DNA of 61,970 bases from Rhizaria sp. SCN 62-66. Taxonomy: Eukaryota. The position numbers were made by a program, and so were the translations under genes. The first letter of the stretch is position 1; every line of letters starts with the position of its first letter. The stretch lies in NCBI GenBank assembly GCA_001724265.1, contig MEDY01000151.1:1-61970 (forward strand). Reading direction: 5' to 3'. Shown here piece after piece: positions 12,421 through 24,284 of the stretch. The notes below the pieces were generated by a model. The model worked only from the letters and a program-made list of their open reading frames with translations. It made no database searches and was not told where the DNA came from.

Positions 12421-15400
12421 ATGTCTGACCCGCGCTTCGGCTCTGTCCCGCGCTCCAGCGGCGACCCCGTTGCACAGGCCTACGCGCAGCACGCTGCGCT
12501 GCGCGCCCGCCCGCAGCCTGCGCTCGGCCGTGCCATCCTTGATGGCATGCCCCGCGCCCCGCCTCCTCTGTTCGACTCCTTTTCACCCGCCTCTGCTGGC
12601 CCTGCCGCGCCGCCCGGCGGCTCCGGCGTGGTCTACGGCGATTCGGCCGCCGCGGCGACCGCGCTGGCCGACGATGACATGTTTGTTGGTCCCAAGCACC
12701 GCCCCTCGTACCACCTCAGCGCCGCGGGCGCCGATGCCCTGACTCCTTCTTCATCTTCGTCATCATCATCGTACTCGGCATATTCGCGCCAAGCAGGGCC
12801 AGGCGCGCAACAGCAGCAGCAACCGCAGTACCACTATCAGACGCAGCAGCTTGCTCACGGCGCCACCGCGCGCTTTCGCGTGCCCGTGCCCACAGCTTCC
12901 TCAGGCGCGTCGCTCGCCGCCGCCGCTGCCGCCGCCGCCGCCACTGGTCCCGCCTCGGCGCGCCCTGCCAACAACGGCAGCGGCGGAGGCGGGGGGAGTC
13001 CGCGCCTGCGGGCCTCGCTGACGCCGCGGCTGTCCCGCGCCTCACCTGCGCTTGGCGCCCGCTCCAGCTCCGGCTCCGGCTCAGGTCCGCTCCTACTCCC
13101 GCTCGACTCGACCACAGTGAACCCCAGTGCAAGCGCCGGGGCGAACGCGGGCTTCTCTTCGTACCCGGCATCGTCGCGCGCGATGGGGGCCTCCGCGGCG
13201 GCGTCCCCGCCCGTGACGTCCCCGCTGCTGCTGGGGCAGGTCACCGGCGGCTTCAGCTCGCTGCAGCAGCAACAGGCGGCCGCCGTCGCCGCCGCCACCG
13301 CCGCCGCCACGGCCGGCCGCGGGCGCCGCGGGCGCCGCGCCGCAGCAGCAGCAGCAGCAGCCGCGGCAGCCCCGCGCCCGCGCGTGCAGTTCGCGGGCGG
13401 CGCGCCGCTGCCGCCTCCGACGCCGACCGCGCGCGACGGCAACGGGCTCGGTCTGGACGGCAACGATGACGGCGGCGGCGGGCTCAACGACGGCGACAAC
13501 GACGCGGACGCCGACGGCAGCGCGGGATCGGGCTCCGGCAGCGACAGCGGCTCCGAAAGCGACGACGACGACGACGCGGCCGCGGGCGGCGCGGCGGGCG
13601 TGATTGGCTACTACGGCCGCATCCTCCGCACGGCGCGGCGCGTGCAGCAGTGGGTCGAGCGGTTGCAGCAGAGCGAGGAGCAAGCGCTGCTCACCGCGCA
13701 CGAGTACGACGACGACGCCGCCGGCGCCAAGGACGCTACCGCGGTTGCCGCTGCGGCCGCGGCTGCGGCGGCCGCGGCTGCGGGAACCGGGCCCGAGGCC
13801 GCCGTCGCCGCCGCGGCCGCCTCTGCTGCAGCGCTGGCTGCGGCCGCGGCGGGCGGGCCGGGTGGCGCACAGGGCCCCGGCGGCGACGCGGAGGCGGCGT
13901 CCCAGCCCTCGCGGTCGCGCATCGCGGCGCTGCTTAGCACGCTGGACCTCGCCGGCAAGGAGTCGGCACTGGGTGATCTGGGCGCCTACGTGACCAAGCG
14001 CGCGAGCCTCGAACCCCTGGAGCTCAAGCGGCTGCAGCTCGTCGAGCGCGCGCTGGCTGAGACCGAGTCCGAGCTCGAGTCGCATCTCGCCTCCGTCAAG
14101 GGCTCCGTCGCGGACGGCAACGCGGCGTCGGGCCAACGCCTCCAGGGCTACGAACGGTCTCTGCGTGCGTGGCTTGCTAAGCTCAAGGGCGGCTCGCGTG
14201 CCAACGTCTTCGCCTCGCTCGCGGCCGTCGACGCCAGCGCCGACTCCGCGGCTGCCGCGGGCGGTGAAGGCGGCGCCGCGGGAGGCTCCGGCGCCGCCAC
14301 GGGCGCTGGCGAAGGAGACAGCAACAACCCTCGCGCTGCGGCGGCCGCGGCCAACGACTCGCGGCTGCGGCTGCAGCTGCAGGCGAGTGAGAGCCGCTGC
14401 GTCGAGCTGACCGAACAGGTTGGCTGGCTGCGCGCCGAGCTCGAGGCGCGCGCCGCGGCCGCCGGGGACGCGCGCGCCGTCGCCGCCGTCGCCGCCGCTG
14501 GTGCGGGCGCGCCTCTGTCCGCCGCGCCGGGTCTCGCGCTCGTGCCCACATCCTCCGCGTCCGCGGGCGGCGCGACGCCCGGCGGCGGCAGCGCGGGCAG
14601 CGCGAGCTCGGCCAGCGACTCAGCCGCGGCGGCCGCCGCTGCTGCTGCCGCCTCGGCCTCGGCCGCGGGGCTGTCGCAGATGGTGTCATCCGCGCACTCG
14701 GTCGCCGTCGTCACCGAGCTGCAGCGGCGCTTCGCCGCGGCGGACGAAGGACTGCGCGCGTCGCAGGCCGAGGTGGCGCGGCTCGAGTACCGCCTCGTGG
14801 CGCTGGCGCGGCTGGGCGAGCAAGAAGAGCTGGCCGAGGCGCTGGAGCAGGAGCAGCGCGTGCAGCACGAACACGCAGCCGCACTCGAGGCCGCGCGCGC
14901 GGGGGTCGAGACGGAGCGCGCCGGCATGGCGGCTGAGCGACGCCGCCTCATGGCCGCCACCAAGCGGCTCGAGCTCAAGCAGGAAGCGCTGACGCAACAG
15001 CAGCAGCAGGGCGAGAGCGAGCGCGTCCAGCTGCAGCGCGCGCTGCTGGGCTTGCGCCAGGCCGAGGCGGAGAAGAAGACTCTCGAAGCCGCCGTCGCCA
15101 ACGCTAACGCGGCCGCCGCGACCGCCAACGCCGCGCTCACGGCCGCCGCAGCCGCCGCAGCCGCCGCGACCCCCACCGGCACGCCTGCCTCTGCGTCGGC
15201 CGCCGCAGGAGCGGCCGCGCCGGCGCTGAGTCTGGGTGAAGCGAGCGCCGTGGCTGAGGCCACCGCGCTGCGCCACCGTGTCGCCGCGCTCGAGAAGGAC
15301 GTCGCCACCGCCCGCGCCGCCGCCGCCGCCGCCGCCGCCGCGGGGCGCTCTGGCGGAGGCCGTCTGGCGCCGACGACGGCCGCGACGGTGACTGGCGCCA

Positions 15401-18400
15401 AGGCCAAGGCCGCGGGGTCCCCTGTGGTCTCGCCGCGCGCCGTGTCGATCGCCAACGTCGGCCGCACCGCCGCGCGCGGGGTCTCGTCGTCGCCGGCCCC
15501 CGCGCACGGCCTCCCGCGCCACGGCGCCGCGGGCGGCGGTGACGGTGACGAACACGACGACGGCGCCAGCAAGCTCGCCCGCGGCCGCGCGCTGCTGGCC
15601 GAGCGCCAGGCTCAACGCCGTGGTGGGCCCGGCGCTGTCTCCGCGTCTGGCTTTGAGGCTGAGTCGCCGGCCGACACCGAGGCCGACGCCGAGGCCGTGG
15701 CCGCCGCGGCCAAGATCGTGATGCTGGAGCAGCAGGTCGTGCTGCTGCAGGCGCGGCTCGCCGCCGCCACGCACGGTGCCGCCGTCACTGCCGCGATTGC
15801 AGCTGCCAACGCGGGCGCCGGTGGGCGCCGCGGCAGTGCGAGTCTGTTGGCCGCGTCCGCAGTGCCCACGCTGCCCCCGGCCGTGGCGGCCGCGCTGGCC
15901 GCCGAATCTGCCGTAGCGGCCGCAGCGGGCGAGAATGGCGGCGACGCCGACGCCGACTCTGAAACCCGTCTGCGCGCCGTGATCAACGCGCTCGAGGCCG
16001 AGGAGGCCCGCCGCGAGGTCCTGCAGACCGAGAAGGCTGGCTGGGAGCGTGAGCGTGCCACGCTCCAGGGTCAGCTCGCCGCCGCGCTCGCGCGTACGGC
16101 CGCCGCCGTCTCCGCCGCTGCGGCCGCTGGCGCTGCGGACACTGGCGCCGGCGGCGCCGGCGGCGGCCCTTCGCCGCGCCGCCAGCGCCAGCTCCGCCAG
16201 CAGCGCGCACGCGCGCTCACGGCGACCGTGCGCAGCGACGCCGACAGCTCTGCCGCTGCGGCCGCCGCCGGGGACGCCTCCGGCGACGGCGACGCGGACG
16301 CGCCCGCGGGCAGCGACGACGACGCTGGCGCCGGTGGTGACGACGGCTTCGGCGGCGCGCACCTCGCCGATGACGACGACGACGGCATGGCGGGCACCTT
16401 GGTGTTCGACGCCGCCGCCGCGCACGCCGCCGCGCTGGCGGCCGCGGCCTCGGCCTCGCAGACGGGCTCCGCCTCGGCCGCTGGCTCGGTCGCCGGCGAC
16501 GGCGCCACGCCCACGGGCGGCGCGGCGCTGTCATCCGACGTCGCCGGGTTCTCTGGCGTTGCGCGCGGCCGCTCGGGCCACAGCCGCAGCAGCCGGCGCA
16601 GCGGCATGGCGTCGCGCGATCCTGGCGCGGCGGCCGTGCTCGACGCCGGACTCACCGTGCTCACGGCCAACGAGGCGCTGCTGGCCAAGCTGCAGCACCA
16701 CAAGGATGTCAACGAGGACGGCGCCGCGCGACTCGTCAGCGAGTTCGGCGGCGTGCGCGCGCTGCTCACGGTTCTCGGCGAAGAGAAAGCCGCGCTTGAG
16801 GCCAAGCTCGCCGCCGCACTCGCGGAGCTCAGCGCGCGGGACGCCGCCATGGCCGCCGCGGGGGGCGCCGACTCAGGTTCCCCTGTCGCCGGCGGGGGCG
16901 GGGGCGGCGACGCGTCGGCCAGCGCGGCTGCGCTCGCGGCCGCGCGCGCCGAGGCGGCCGCGGCGGCGGCGGTCGAGGCCGAGGCGCTGCGGCGCGCGCT
17001 GGCTGCTGCGGAGATCGAGAACGAGCGTCTGCGCGCGTACATCGCAGAGCTCGAGGCCCGGCTCGCCGCTGGTCTCCCGACCTCAGCCATTTCACCCTCT
17101 TCCGCGTCATCCTCATCGTCTTCTTCGTCTTCTGTAGCGGAGCCCCCCTCGACCGTCGTGTCGCCCGCGGCGGCCGCTGCTGCCGCCGCGACCGCCAACG
17201 CGGCCGCCGCGTCTGCCGCGGCAACTGTGCGCGACCTCGAGTCGTTGCTGGGCGCGCGCGACACTGCGCTCGCTGCGGCGGAGGCCGAGGCCGGCGAGTG
17301 GCGCGGCCGCTACGAAGCGCTGTGGGCCGAGTCGACGAGAGCACGCCTCGCTGCCGACGCCTCCGCTTCCTCGGGCGCGGGCGCAGCGGCAGCGGCTGCT
17401 GAGGCCGCTGTCGCAGGCTACTACCAAGGCGGCGGTGGCGGCGAAGGCGCTGCCGGCGCGGCGCGCGAGGCCGAGACGACTGCGGTGCTCGCGGCCGCTG
17501 CCGACGCAGTGCTTGCCGCCCGCGCGCGCCGCGAGGAAGAAGAGGAGCGCGCGCGCACGTCAGTGCTGCGCCCGTTGCCGGCCCGCGCGCCGCGCAAACC
17601 CGCGCCCGCGGCGGCGCTGCAGCCCGGCGCACAGCGCGCTCTGCGCAGCAGCGGCGGCGACGGCACGTCGTCCCCCGACCGCCGCGGCCGTGACGGCTCT
17701 GCTTCACCGTCGTCCCCGCGCTCGCGCTCGCCCCAACAGCAGCAACAGCAGCAGCAGCTGGCGGCGCCAGCACCGCCGCCGCCGCGCCCGCGCTCGCGGC
17801 AGCAGCTGGCGGCGCTGCAGGCCGGCGCGGCGGGCGACGCGCACCACGCTTTCGTTGCGCGCTTTATGGCTCTTACCGGTCCTGACGGCAGCGATGATGC
17901 AACAGCGTTAAATGTTGACGACACGGATGGTGCAGTGCCTGAGCGCGCGCCCACGCCGAAGCGCGACGCGGCCGCGGCTGCGCAGCGCAAACAGGTTGGC
18001 GCTCTCGCCAAGCAGCTCCTGCGCGACTCCGACTCCGCCAACGCTGTCTCCGCGGATGACGAGAGTCGCGGCGCGCTCGAGTCGCGTGGCGGCGGCGCGG
18101 AGGGCAGCGACGGCGGCGCGGCGCTCGACGGAGCCGCTGACGGCAGCCTGGTCAACGGCGAGGGCGGCGCGAACTCGATCGCGGCCGCCGCGGCGGAGGC
18201 CGTGTCTGCACTGCGGGCCGCGTCGGCCGCGCACTCGCACCGCAGCGCGCGCCAGAGCGCGCATCAGAGCGCGCTGCACAGCTCGCAGCAGTCGCGCGCG
18301 CACTCGCCGACGCCGTCGACAGGCGCCGCGTCGTCTTCTTCTGCGGCCAGCAACACGTCGGCGTCAGGAGCGGCGGCGGCGCTGGCGAGCCCGCGGCCGG

Positions 18401-18699
18401 CGACGCGGCAGGCGGTGGAGACGATCTTCACAGAGCAGGCCGAGGTCGCCGCGGCCGCCATCGCAGTCCCGCTCACTGGTGACGCCGCGGCGGACGCGCA
18501 AGCCAAGGCGCGCGCTGCTGAGGCTGCCGCGCAGGCGGTTGCCAAAGCTGAAGCCGCTACTGCTGCGGCAGCGCAGAAGCAAAAGCAGGCGCAGGCACAG
18601 GCACAGGCACAAGCTCACGGCGGCAAGCCTGGTGACGCAGGCGGGCTGGATATGAGGTCATTGCAGATGACCGACCAGTACGACTCTTACGTTGAGTAA
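12421..18699 (+). CDS. 2092-aa Ala-rich coiled-coil protein
   Basis: Uninterrupted GC-rich ORF flanked by AT-rich DNA, with heptad-like E/L/R/Q stretches (e.g. ELQRRFAAADEGLRASQAEVARLEYRL); TAA stop. Confidence 0.75.
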   Translation: MSDPRFGSVPRSSGDPVAQAYAQHAALRARPQPALGRAILDGMPRAPPPLFDSFSPASAGPAAPPGGSGVVYGDSAAAATALADDDMFVGPKHRPSYHLSAAGADALTPSSSSSSSSYSAYSRQAGPGAQQQQQPQYHYQTQQLAHGATARFRVPVPTASSGASLAAAAAAAAATGPASARPANNGSGGGGGSPRLRASLTPRLSRASPALGARSSSGSGSGPLLLPLDSTTVNPSASAGANAGFSSYPASSRAMGASAAASPPVTSPLLLGQVTGGFSSLQQQQAAAVAAATAAATAGRGRRGRRAAAAAAAAAAAPRPRVQFAGGAPLPPPTPTARDGNGLGLDGNDDGGGGLNDGDNDADADGSAGSGSGSDSGSESDDDDDAAAGGAAGVIGYYGRILRTARRVQQWVERLQQSEEQALLTAHEYDDDAAGAKDATAVAAAAAAAAAAAAGTGPEAAVAAAAASAAALAAAAAGGPGGAQGPGGDAEAASQPSRSRIAALLSTLDLAGKESALGDLGAYVTKRASLEPLELKRLQLVERALAETESELESHLASVKGSVADGNAASGQRLQGYERSLRAWLAKLKGGSRANVFASLAAVDASADSAAAAGGEGGAAGGSGAATGAGEGDSNNPRAAAAAANDSRLRLQLQASESRCVELTEQVGWLRAELEARAAAAGDARAVAAVAAAGAGAPLSAAPGLALVPTSSASAGGATPGGGSAGSASSASDSAAAAAAAAAASASAAGLSQMVSSAHSVAVVTELQRRFAAADEGLRASQAEVARLEYRLVALARLGEQEELAEALEQEQRVQHEHAAALEAARAGVETERAGMAAERRRLMAATKRLELKQEALTQQQQQGESERVQLQRALLGLRQAEAEKKTLEAAVANANAAAATANAALTAAAAAAAAATPTGTPASASAAAGAAAPALSLGEASAVAEATALRHRVAALEKDVATARAAAAAAAAAGRSGGGRLAPTTAATVTGAKAKAAGSPVVSPRAVSIANVGRTAARGVSSSPAPAHGLPRHGAAGGGDGDEHDDGASKLARGRALLAERQAQRRGGPGAVSASGFEAESPADTEADAEAVAAAAKIVMLEQQVVLLQARLAAATHGAAVTAAIAAANAGAGGRRGSASLLAASAVPTLPPAVAAALAAESAVAAAAGENGGDADADSETRLRAVINALEAEEARREVLQTEKAGWERERATLQGQLAAALARTAAAVSAAAAAGAADTGAGGAGGGPSPRRQRQLRQQRARALTATVRSDADSSAAAAAAGDASGDGDADAPAGSDDDAGAGGDDGFGGAHLADDDDDGMAGTLVFDAAAAHAAALAAAASASQTGSASAAGSVAGDGATPTGGAALSSDVAGFSGVARGRSGHSRSSRRSGMASRDPGAAAVLDAGLTVLTANEALLAKLQHHKDVNEDGAARLVSEFGGVRALLTVLGEEKAALEAKLAAALAELSARDAAMAAAGGADSGSPVAGGGGGGDASASAAALAAARAEAAAAAAVEAEALRRALAAAEIENERLRAYIAELEARLAAGLPTSAISPSSASSSSSSSSSVAEPPSTVVSPAAAAAAAATANAAAASAAATVRDLESLLGARDTALAAAEAEAGEWRGRYEALWAESTRARLAADASASSGAGAAAAAAEAAVAGYYQGGGGGEGAAGAAREAETTAVLAAAADAVLAARARREEEEERARTSVLRPLPARAPRKPAPAAALQPGAQRALRSSGGDGTSSPDRRGRDGSASPSSPRSRSPQQQQQQQQLAAPAPPPPRPRSRQQLAALQAGAAGDAHHAFVARFMALTGPDGSDDATALNVDDTDGAVPERAPTPKRDAAAAAQRKQVGALAKQLLRDSDSANAVSADDESRGALESRGGGAEGSDGGAALDGAADGSLVNGEGGANSIAAAAAEAVSALRAASAAHSHRSARQSAHQSALHSSQQSRAHSPTPSTGAASSSSAASNTSASGAAAALASPRPATRQAVETIFTEQAEVAAAAIAVPLTGDAAADAQAKARAAEAAAQAVAKAEAATAAAAQKQKQAQAQAQAQAHGGKPGDAGGLDMRSLQMTDQYDSYVE

Positions 18700-19959
18700 A
18701 TGTCAGCACTGTAAAGCAGCAGTGTAACCACATAACTTATTTTTCATACCGAACTTCGATTTTATAAAGGATACAAAGCATATTGATTATTCAACGAGTT
18801 GTTTTGTATCTTATCGTAACTATGCTGTTGCAATGAGCATTATCATATTCTTTTCCTACTGTAGTTACTCCGTAATATATACTTGTGATTGATCACCACG
18901 CTGCACGTTTTGTAACGAAGAACATGTGCGTGCTTGTGCGTGTCTCCCGCAACGATCAAACCCGAAATGGAACGAGTTGCTAAAACACGACACTGAAAAT
19001 GTTTTAAAATCCGCCAATAACAGCTGTGTGTAAATACATCAATTTTGGCTCACGAATTATGTGAGCGCGACAAAAGTGACTTCCACGCTGTGACATTGAA
19101 GTCGATGTGAGTTAAAGGACGGAGGTGTAATGAACAGTTCAATAATTCACAAGGATATAACGGTATTGTAACAAGGAAAAGAAGCATTCAGACGAAACTG
19201 GCCTGAGAGCAAAACAAAACACTGAGGCAACAAAAACAAGTAAAAAGACATTTGAAGAAGAAAAAAAATCGAGATCAAAAAGCACAGTGGGCGAAGACAT
19301 GGCACGCGAGCATAGACCGCACGGAGCGGCCGCACGCGCACGCGTGTTACCACCAAGACAAGAACAAACAATCAAAAGCATAGCATAACGCAAAAGAAAA
19401 ATATTAAAAAAAATGAAATCTTGATGCGACTGCGGGCGCCATGCAACAACTACGACGCAGGCCGTTTCGCGGCGCTTGCTGTTACTGTTGAGGGCGCTGC
19501 AGACAGAATCGAAGTGGGAGTGATAGAGCTGCAGGGTGGAGGATACGGACAAAGGAGCAATAACGAGCTGATAATGGGGCTGAAGAACAGCAGTGACATA
19601 ACAACGGTGACGCAGTGGTAATGCCGTTTAAGCACCCACATACACAGAGCTGCTGGTTTGAAGAAGACCATATACACTACACAAAAAAATGACAGAACAA
19701 ACTTTCACTAAAAATAGCATAAAAATAAACGCAAACGAAAATCCTTTTTAAAAAAAAATTGTAAAAATACAAGCGGGTTTAAACAAACCTCTTGCACTGC
19801 ACGCAAGCACAGAAACACAGCACAGCAAAACATACTCAAAGCCAGTTCCCAGCCCGCAGCACTCACGCGCAAACACAAACACACACAGCACAATCACAGA
19901 CGCACGCAAACAGTGATGTCTCACGCGTCAGTCATGTCGGTGGGGTTGCGTAGCGTGGT

Positions 19960-22900
19960 TTACTGCTGCTGAGGCTCGAGAGCGGTGGGGCGCATGGAGT
20001 TGATAATGTTGGCGGCATGCTCCACGGTCTGCGCGTCAACATACCCGCCCTGCACGAAGGCCTGCTCAAGCAGCGCGTACAGATACGCCTGCGGCAGCGC
20101 GAAGATCTGCCACTCGGTCTGCAGTCCGTTGTCCGACGCGAAGGTCAGGAAGCGCATCGCCATCGCGGGCGGCAGCGCAGAGGCGAATGACGCGAACTGG
20201 CGCGAACGCTGCACGTCGTCCGGAGTGAGCTTGATGCGGTGCTCGCGGAGGAAGGCCGACGTCTGCTGCTTCTCCAGCTTCAGCCAGCCGCGCAACATCG
20301 ATACCTCCTTGGTGTATCCGCGGAGCTTCTTGGTGACGTACACGCCGGTGATCCCACACAGCAGCAGCGCGACCCACAGGAACGCCGGGTTGAGCAGGAT
20401 GCTGGCGATGACCTTGAGCGCGCCGGGGAGCGCGTTGGCCCAGCGCACAAGCGCAGCGAAAGGTGTGGCGCGCGCGTGCACAGGGTACACGTGGACGCCG
20501 CAGTTGACCGGCGTGCGGAGGAAGAAGCTGAACGGGATGCACACGATACCGAGAGTGACGAGCAGATACGTGCGGAAGCGGTTGTACTGGGACTGGACGC
20601 CCATGGGCTGGAAGGGCAGACACGTGAGGTAGCGCACCTGCAGCGCCTTGGTGCAGATAGCAATCGCCATGTAGACGGCGCCTGCGATGGGCACGACAGG
20701 GCAGAAGGGCAGCGCGGACCACACAAGCGCCTGGCGATACATGATCGAGATCATGTTTTCGGGCAGGCGGAACTCGACCTTACGCAGATCGTGCGGGTTG
20801 TACGCGTTAAGCATCTTCTCGTACTCGTACCGCAGCAGATCCTTCTGCGGCGCGCCCACGGGCGGCGGCACGAGTTTCTTGGGGCCAAGGATCTTGACCT
20901 TGAGGCCGAACACAACCAGTGGGATGAACAGCGAGGAGACGACGTCAATGGCAATATCTGTCAGCAGCATGCGGTAGTAGATCATACCGGTCTGCGTCTG
21001 GAGACACGTCGGGGATTCGCTCTGCGAGAGGGCCTGAGTCTGGAACAGCACGAGCAGCACGAAAAACATCTTCATGACGAAAATGCGGAAGAACTTGTGC
21101 TTGAACTCAAGACTGGCTTTTCGATAGCGCTCGAAATCGACGACGATGTACACGAATTGCGGCACGAGCAGCTTCAGAATGGACACCACGAAGGGCACGA
21201 GGAACGGCGACGCGCCGCCAAGCGAGTCCTTGGTGTCGTTTGTAACCTCATCCTCGTGCACAATAAGCCAGGCGATGAGGAAACCGGAGCCCGCGAGGTA
21301 TGCAAGACTGAGCACGGCGCCGACAAAGCGGCGGAACTTGAGCGCATAGTAACCGTCGCCGACACCGCGCGCCTCGACGTCGGACTTTGCGGCCTCGGCC
21401 TCGTGGACCTCGGTGAGCATGTTGTAGAAGCGCGTCATGAATGACAACGACTGCACCTCGTGCGTCGTCGCCGAGCGGCCGTTGAAGTTGTACCCGGCGA
21501 AAGCGAGGCGTGAGAACTTATTGTTCTCACTCACATCGTCCTCTTCGGAGACGAAATGGAAGCGCGAGAGATTTTCCACCAGCGACACGACAAGCGCGGA
21601 GACGCAGACAAAGATCCACGCCAGATACATGCGGAACCCAGTGGTCGGGTACACGGGCTTGTAGCCGTCGCCGTAGAACATAAACGAGTACTCCATACCG
21701 GTGCCGGTGATGAGCCCCACAAGCGATTGGTGGTACTCGATCTGCGTCTGCTGTCCGCCCACTGTGGTGGTCACCCAGATGGTCGGTGTTGACCAGTCGA
21801 ACGAGATCATGCCGGGCACGTAGATGACGCCCATGACAACCGCGAGTAACACGTTGAGCCAAAACAGTGACTGCGCGAAGTAGAAGAAAGCCACGACCGA
21901 CGGGCCGAACCGCGCCTCAATGCCGTCAAAGGTGCTGCGCCAGATAGGCACCAGGTGGCGCTTGTCAAGCACGTTGGTCTTCCACCACTTGTTGAAGCCG
22001 TAGCAGCAACGCCCACACGCGCCCATTGCGCCCAGCCGTTTGCGCTCCTCGGCGGCCTCGTAGTCGAACTCGGCGCCCGCCTTCTTCATCTCCGCCTCGG
22101 CCGCCGCGTACGTCCCCGCGTGCTCCTGCTGATGACGGGCCAGCTCCACGCGTGACACTGTGCCGCAGAGCGCGGGGAGAGTGACGTACATGCCCTTCCC
22201 CTGCGCGGCCTCGTACGCCGCGGCGTCATCGGCCACCATCCGCAGAACCGTCGCGCAGAAGTCGGCCCCGCGCATCGCCGTGAGGAGGTCCGCGAAGCAG
22301 GGCTGGTCGAGCGCGCCCGCGGGGCAGCCAAACACGGGGTCAGCCTGCATGTCCTCGTACATCGTCCGCAGACAGAAGAAGAGCGCGGGGTCGAAACCCT
22401 GGGGCCGCGGCGCGGCCTCGGCTCTCAGGTAGAACGCGGCCGCACCGCCGCCGCCGCCGCCACCGCCGCTGCCGCCACCGCCGCCGAGGGGGCCGCCGCC
22501 GCCGCTGCTAGGGCTCGGGCCGCCGCCAACGCCGACGCCGACGCCGCCGCCGTCGCGCCCACCGCGGCCGGCGCCGGCCCCCGCCCCCGTACCATTGCCG
22601 CCGACACCCGAGGCAACGGCGTTAGCGGCGGCGACGGCGCCCCGGAGCGCGAAAATAGGTTCCTCCTGTGCGAGGTAGGCCGCCAGCAGCACGTACACGT
22701 CTTGCAGCGTGAGCCAGTCGGGAAACGGCACGGTGTCGCAGCGAAACGGGAGCGACTCGATGGACCGCATGAGGAACTCGGCGACGGGGGGCTGAAACGC
22801 CCACGCCAGGTACACCTCGAGGTGGTACAGCCCAAGCGCGTGCGTGACGGGGTGCGCGAGCTGAAACGGTTCGAGGCGGAAGCAACGCTGCAGCGCCGAA

Positions 22901-23572
22901 TGCACGCGCACGGGCAGGGAGAAGTGCGGGAAGGCCGGCACGGGCACGTTTTCGACGAGACGGTAGTAGTCGAACGCGCGCTGGGACCAGTCGAGCCCGG
23001 CCGCGGGGGCGTCGGCGGGAGGGAGGTCGGAGAGCTGGAGGAACGACGCGCGGGAGCCGTTACTGCCAAGGCTGCTGTTGTTGCCGTTAGAGGGGCGGGA
23101 GTGGCGGACGTTGTAGCCGTTGGCGTCGAATTCGTCGTAATCGTCGTAATTCTCGTCGTCGTAGTCGTTGTTGCCGCCACCGCTGCTGTTGTTGTTGTTG
23201 CCCACGTCGTTGTTGTTGCTGTGGCCATGGTAAATGCGGGGGTCTTCTTCTTCGTCACCATTGCCATTGCCGTTGCCACTGTCGTTGCTGGGGCCGCCGC
23301 GGTCGCGGAGCTCGTAGCCAGATTGCTGCGGGGCGGGGGAGGACTGGTGGTATGCGTAATCCTCCTCGCGAAGAGGCGGCGCCGCGTGGAGCGGCTGTAG
23401 AGAAGAGAATGGTCGAAAGACAGAGACAATGAGTTGTATGCTTCGAGCGTGCTTGGGTGCTTGGGGAAAGAGAAAACTTTAAGTGGGCTGAGGGACGCGA
23501 TGGAGGGGGGGGAATACGTACCAAAAGCTCAATGTTGGGCGCACCGTCGGCACGCCCATCGTCGGAAGACAT
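19960..23572 (-). CDS. Transmembrane channel-like (TMC family) protein; exons 23572-23522 and 23394-19960
   Basis: Intron 23395-23521 (GTACGT...CTACAG, phase 0) extends the ORF to MSSDDGRADG. TMC-type motifs IEARFGPSVVAFFYF, CLQTQTGMIYYRMLLTD and EFRLPENMISIMYRQALVWSALPFCP, plus many TM segments; TAA stop. Confidence 0.85.
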
Positions 23573-24284
23573 GTGTTCCTAAAGACGGAGCTGTGCGCCG
23601 CTGTGAGGGAGGCGAGCGCAGCAGTGCGAGCAAAGTGGAGAGCAAGGTTGGTAACAAGAGGGTGTGAGGAGAAGGAAGAAAAAACACAATAGATAATCGT
23701 CAACGGCAGTGTCTCCGGACTAAAATAGACAATAAACCTCTTTCTATGCTTATCAATCGACTAAATCTTCTTAGATGCAGTAGGTGTCGCGAAAAGGTGA
23801 CTGGTTTCCGAGGGGGCAGCGAGTTAGAAGAGGTGGTGGTCTTAGCGATAAGAAACTGGATCTGCCGCGGTATAAAAGCGCACTCTAGGCTGATTCAAGA
23901 ATAAAATTTGTAAAATAAAGGCCTGAGTACACTATTCATAACAAAATGGTGTCGTTCTCACGCCCGGAAACCGCAATTCCAGGGTGCGAGAACTCTCCGC
24001 CACAACCTGAAAAACGGCACTCAAGCGTTGGACGACTGTGTTTGTAAGAGTATCGGTTCTTAATTATTCCAAATCTCACATACCAAAACAAAGTCTTAAG
24101 ACACATTAACGTCACTTGATGATATCACCCGACGTGAAGTTTACATAAAACGCGTTTTTATTTCGCAAATACTCCAAATAAATAGCCAAATCTCACTAAC
24201 AATCCCTCACCCTCAAGCTTTGAGTCTCTAGCACTCTCTCTCTCTGTCGCCATATGTCGCATCCCGCAGCAATCCTCTGGCCTC

